In this document: positions 37,157-38,395 of the stretch, piece after piece
Layout: every line of letters begins with the position of its first letter
Numbering within the stretch: the first letter of the stretch is position 1
Origin: Flavobacteriaceae bacterium
GTDB lineage: Bacteria > Bacteroidota > Bacteroidia > Flavobacteriales > Flavobacteriaceae
Length of the DNA: 38,395 bases
NCBI GenBank assembly: GCA_016744615.1
Contig: JADGEA010000012.1
Coordinates: 1-38,395, forward strand
Reading direction: 5' to 3'
Translations under genes and position numbers: made by a program
Notes under the pieces: generated by a model
Told to the model about the DNA's origin: nothing
Databases searched by the model: none
The model's input: the letters and a program-made list of their open reading frames with translations, nothing else

Positions 37157-37603
37157 ATGGCAAAAGAAATTAGTAAGGTAGTAAAATTACAAGTTCGTGG
37201 AGGGGCAGCAAATCCTTCACCACCTGTAGGACCAGCATTAGGTGCTGCCGGAGTTAATATCATGGAGTTCTGTAAGCAATTCAACGCTAGAACTCAAGAT
37301 AAAGCAGGGAAGATTTTACCCGTTGTAATTAATGTTTACAAGGATAAATCATTTGACTTTGTTGTAAAAACTCCACCAGCAGCTGTGCAATTGTTAGAAG
37401 CAGCTAAATTGAAAAAAGGTTCAGGAGAGCCTAATAGAAAGAAAGTAGCTACAGTAACCTGGGATCAGATCAGAAAAATTGCTGAAGATAAAATGGTTGA
37501 CTTAAATGCTTTTCAAGTAGAGTCAGCTATGATTATGATAGCAGGAACTGCTAGATCTATGGGAATTCGTGTAAAAGGAGAAGCTCCAGTAAAAACAGCA
37601 TAA
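37157..37603 (+). CDS. rplK: 50S ribosomal protein uL11
   Basis: 148 aa. [20 protein letters not shown] is the canonical L11 N-terminus. Confidence 0.95.
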   Translation: MAKEISKVVKLQVRGGAANPSPPVGPALGAAGVNIMEFCKQFNARTQDKAGKILPVVINVYKDKSFDFVVKTPPAAVQLLEAAKLKKGSGEPNRKKVATVTWDQIRKIAEDKMVDLNAFQVESAMIMIAGTARSMGIRVKGEAPVKTA

Positions 37604-37607
37604 GAAG

Positions 37608-38300
37608 ATGGCAAAACTAACAAAAAAACAGAAAGAAGCAGTTTCTAAATTTGATGCTAATAAAGCATATGATTTAAAGGAAGCATCTTCTGTAATTAAA
37701 GATATCACCAGCGTAAAATTTGATGCAAGTATTGATCTTGCTATACGTTTAGGTGTTGATCCGCGTAAAGCAAATCAAATGGTAAGAGGCGTAGTAACCT
37801 TACCTCATGGAACCGGTAAAGATGTGAAAGTATTGGCATTGGTTACACCAGATAAAGAAGCAGATGCAAAAGAATCTGGAGCTGATTACGTAGGATTGGA
37901 TGAGTACCTTCAAAAAATTAAAGGAGGATGGACAGATGTTGACGTTATTGTTACCATGCCAAGTGTAATGGGTAAATTAGGACCTTTAGGTAGAATATTA
38001 GGGCCAAGAGGATTGATGCCTAATCCAAAAACAGGTACTGTAACAATGGACGTTGCTAAAGCGGTTAAAGATGTAAAAGGTGGTAAGATTGATTTCAAAG
38101 TTGATAAAACTGGAATTATTCATGCTGCAATTGGAAAAGCATCTTTTGATGCTGACAAAATTGCTGACAATGCAAATGAAGTAATTCAAACCTTGCTCAA
38201 ATTAAAACCATCAACTGTAAAAGGAACTTATGTAAAAAGTATTTATATATCAAGTACGATGAGTCCTGGAGTTGAAATAGATATAAAATCAGTTAGTTAA
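37608..38300 (+). CDS. rplA: 50S ribosomal protein uL1
   Basis: 230 aa with a typical L1 sequence ([23 protein letters not shown]..). Confidence 0.95.
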   Translation: MAKLTKKQKEAVSKFDANKAYDLKEASSVIKDITSVKFDASIDLAIRLGVDPRKANQMVRGVVTLPHGTGKDVKVLALVTPDKEADAKESGADYVGLDEYLQKIKGGWTDVDVIVTMPSVMGKLGPLGRILGPRGLMPNPKTGTVTMDVAKAVKDVKGGKIDFKVDKTGIIHAAIGKASFDADKIADNANEVIQTLLKLKPSTVKGTYVKSIYISSTMSPGVEIDIKSVS

Positions 38301-38321
38301 GCGAGTTAAAATATTTGAATT

Positions 38322-38395
38322 ATGACTAGAGAAGAAAAATCACAAGTGATTAAGGATTTAACTGGCAAATTAGCAGATAACAATATTATCTATTT
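38322..38395 (+). CDS. rplJ: 50S ribosomal protein uL10 (5' partial, runs off window)
   Basis: MTREEKSQVIKDLTGKLADNNIIY matches the L10 N-terminus. Conserved position after rplA. Confidence 0.6.
   Translation, partial: MTREEKSQVIKDLTGKLADNNIIY

Noticed and set aside
35416-38189. Antisense ORFs inside tuf, nusG, rplK and rplA (35416..35823, 36708..36929, 37523..37708, 37910..38098, 37998..38189)
   Set aside because: They lie on the opposite strand of highly conserved translation genes. GC-richer housekeeping genes routinely give long antisense frames.
1-38395. CRISPR arrays, rRNA genes, intact transposons or prophage or integron features
   Set aside because: There are no regularly spaced direct repeats and no integrase with an attachment site. 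The xerC here is the conserved housekeeping copy in the rpsU-hpf context. No 16S or 23S-like segments occur. The only mobile-element trace is the 150-bp IS1-like relic.

Overview
Low-GC chromosomal window that looks like Bacteroidota, probably Flavobacteriia. The evidence is SusC/SusD genes, an almost complete lack of Shine-Dalgarno sequences, and the conserved rpsU-xerC-hpf-tRNA(Thr,Tyr,Gly,Thr)-tuf-tRNA(Trp)-secE-nusG-rplK-rplA-rplJ block at the right end. From left to right: (1) a ~640 bp leader with no intact ORF. (2) Secreted glycan and peptide enzymes: an S9 peptidase, a GH20 beta-hexosaminidase and a sugar O-acetyltransferase. (3) Two small secreted or outer-membrane hypotheticals, aquaporin Z, and an NfeD-flotillin pair. 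(4) A relic of an IS1-like transposase N-terminus. (5) A minus-strand polysaccharide utilization locus (PUL): ECF sigma (divergent), FecR anti-sigma, SusC with an STN domain, SusD, a PI-PLC-X-domain phosphodiesterase lipoprotein and two GH92 alpha-mannosidases. (6) A translationally coupled modA-mop-modB-modC molybdate transporter. (7) Two uncharacterized secreted proteins, a class A PBP, a lipoprotein, and an EEP-family phosphoesterase with an overlapping small membrane protein. (8) The translation-apparatus cluster. The most interesting candidate is the PUL that pairs GH92 mannosidases with a phospholipase-C-like phosphodiesterase. This suggests a substrate in which mannose is linked through phosphodiester bonds, such as fungal phosphomannan, GPI anchors or mannosyl-inositol-phosphoceramide. 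No CRISPR array, no intact mobile element and no rRNA genes were found.
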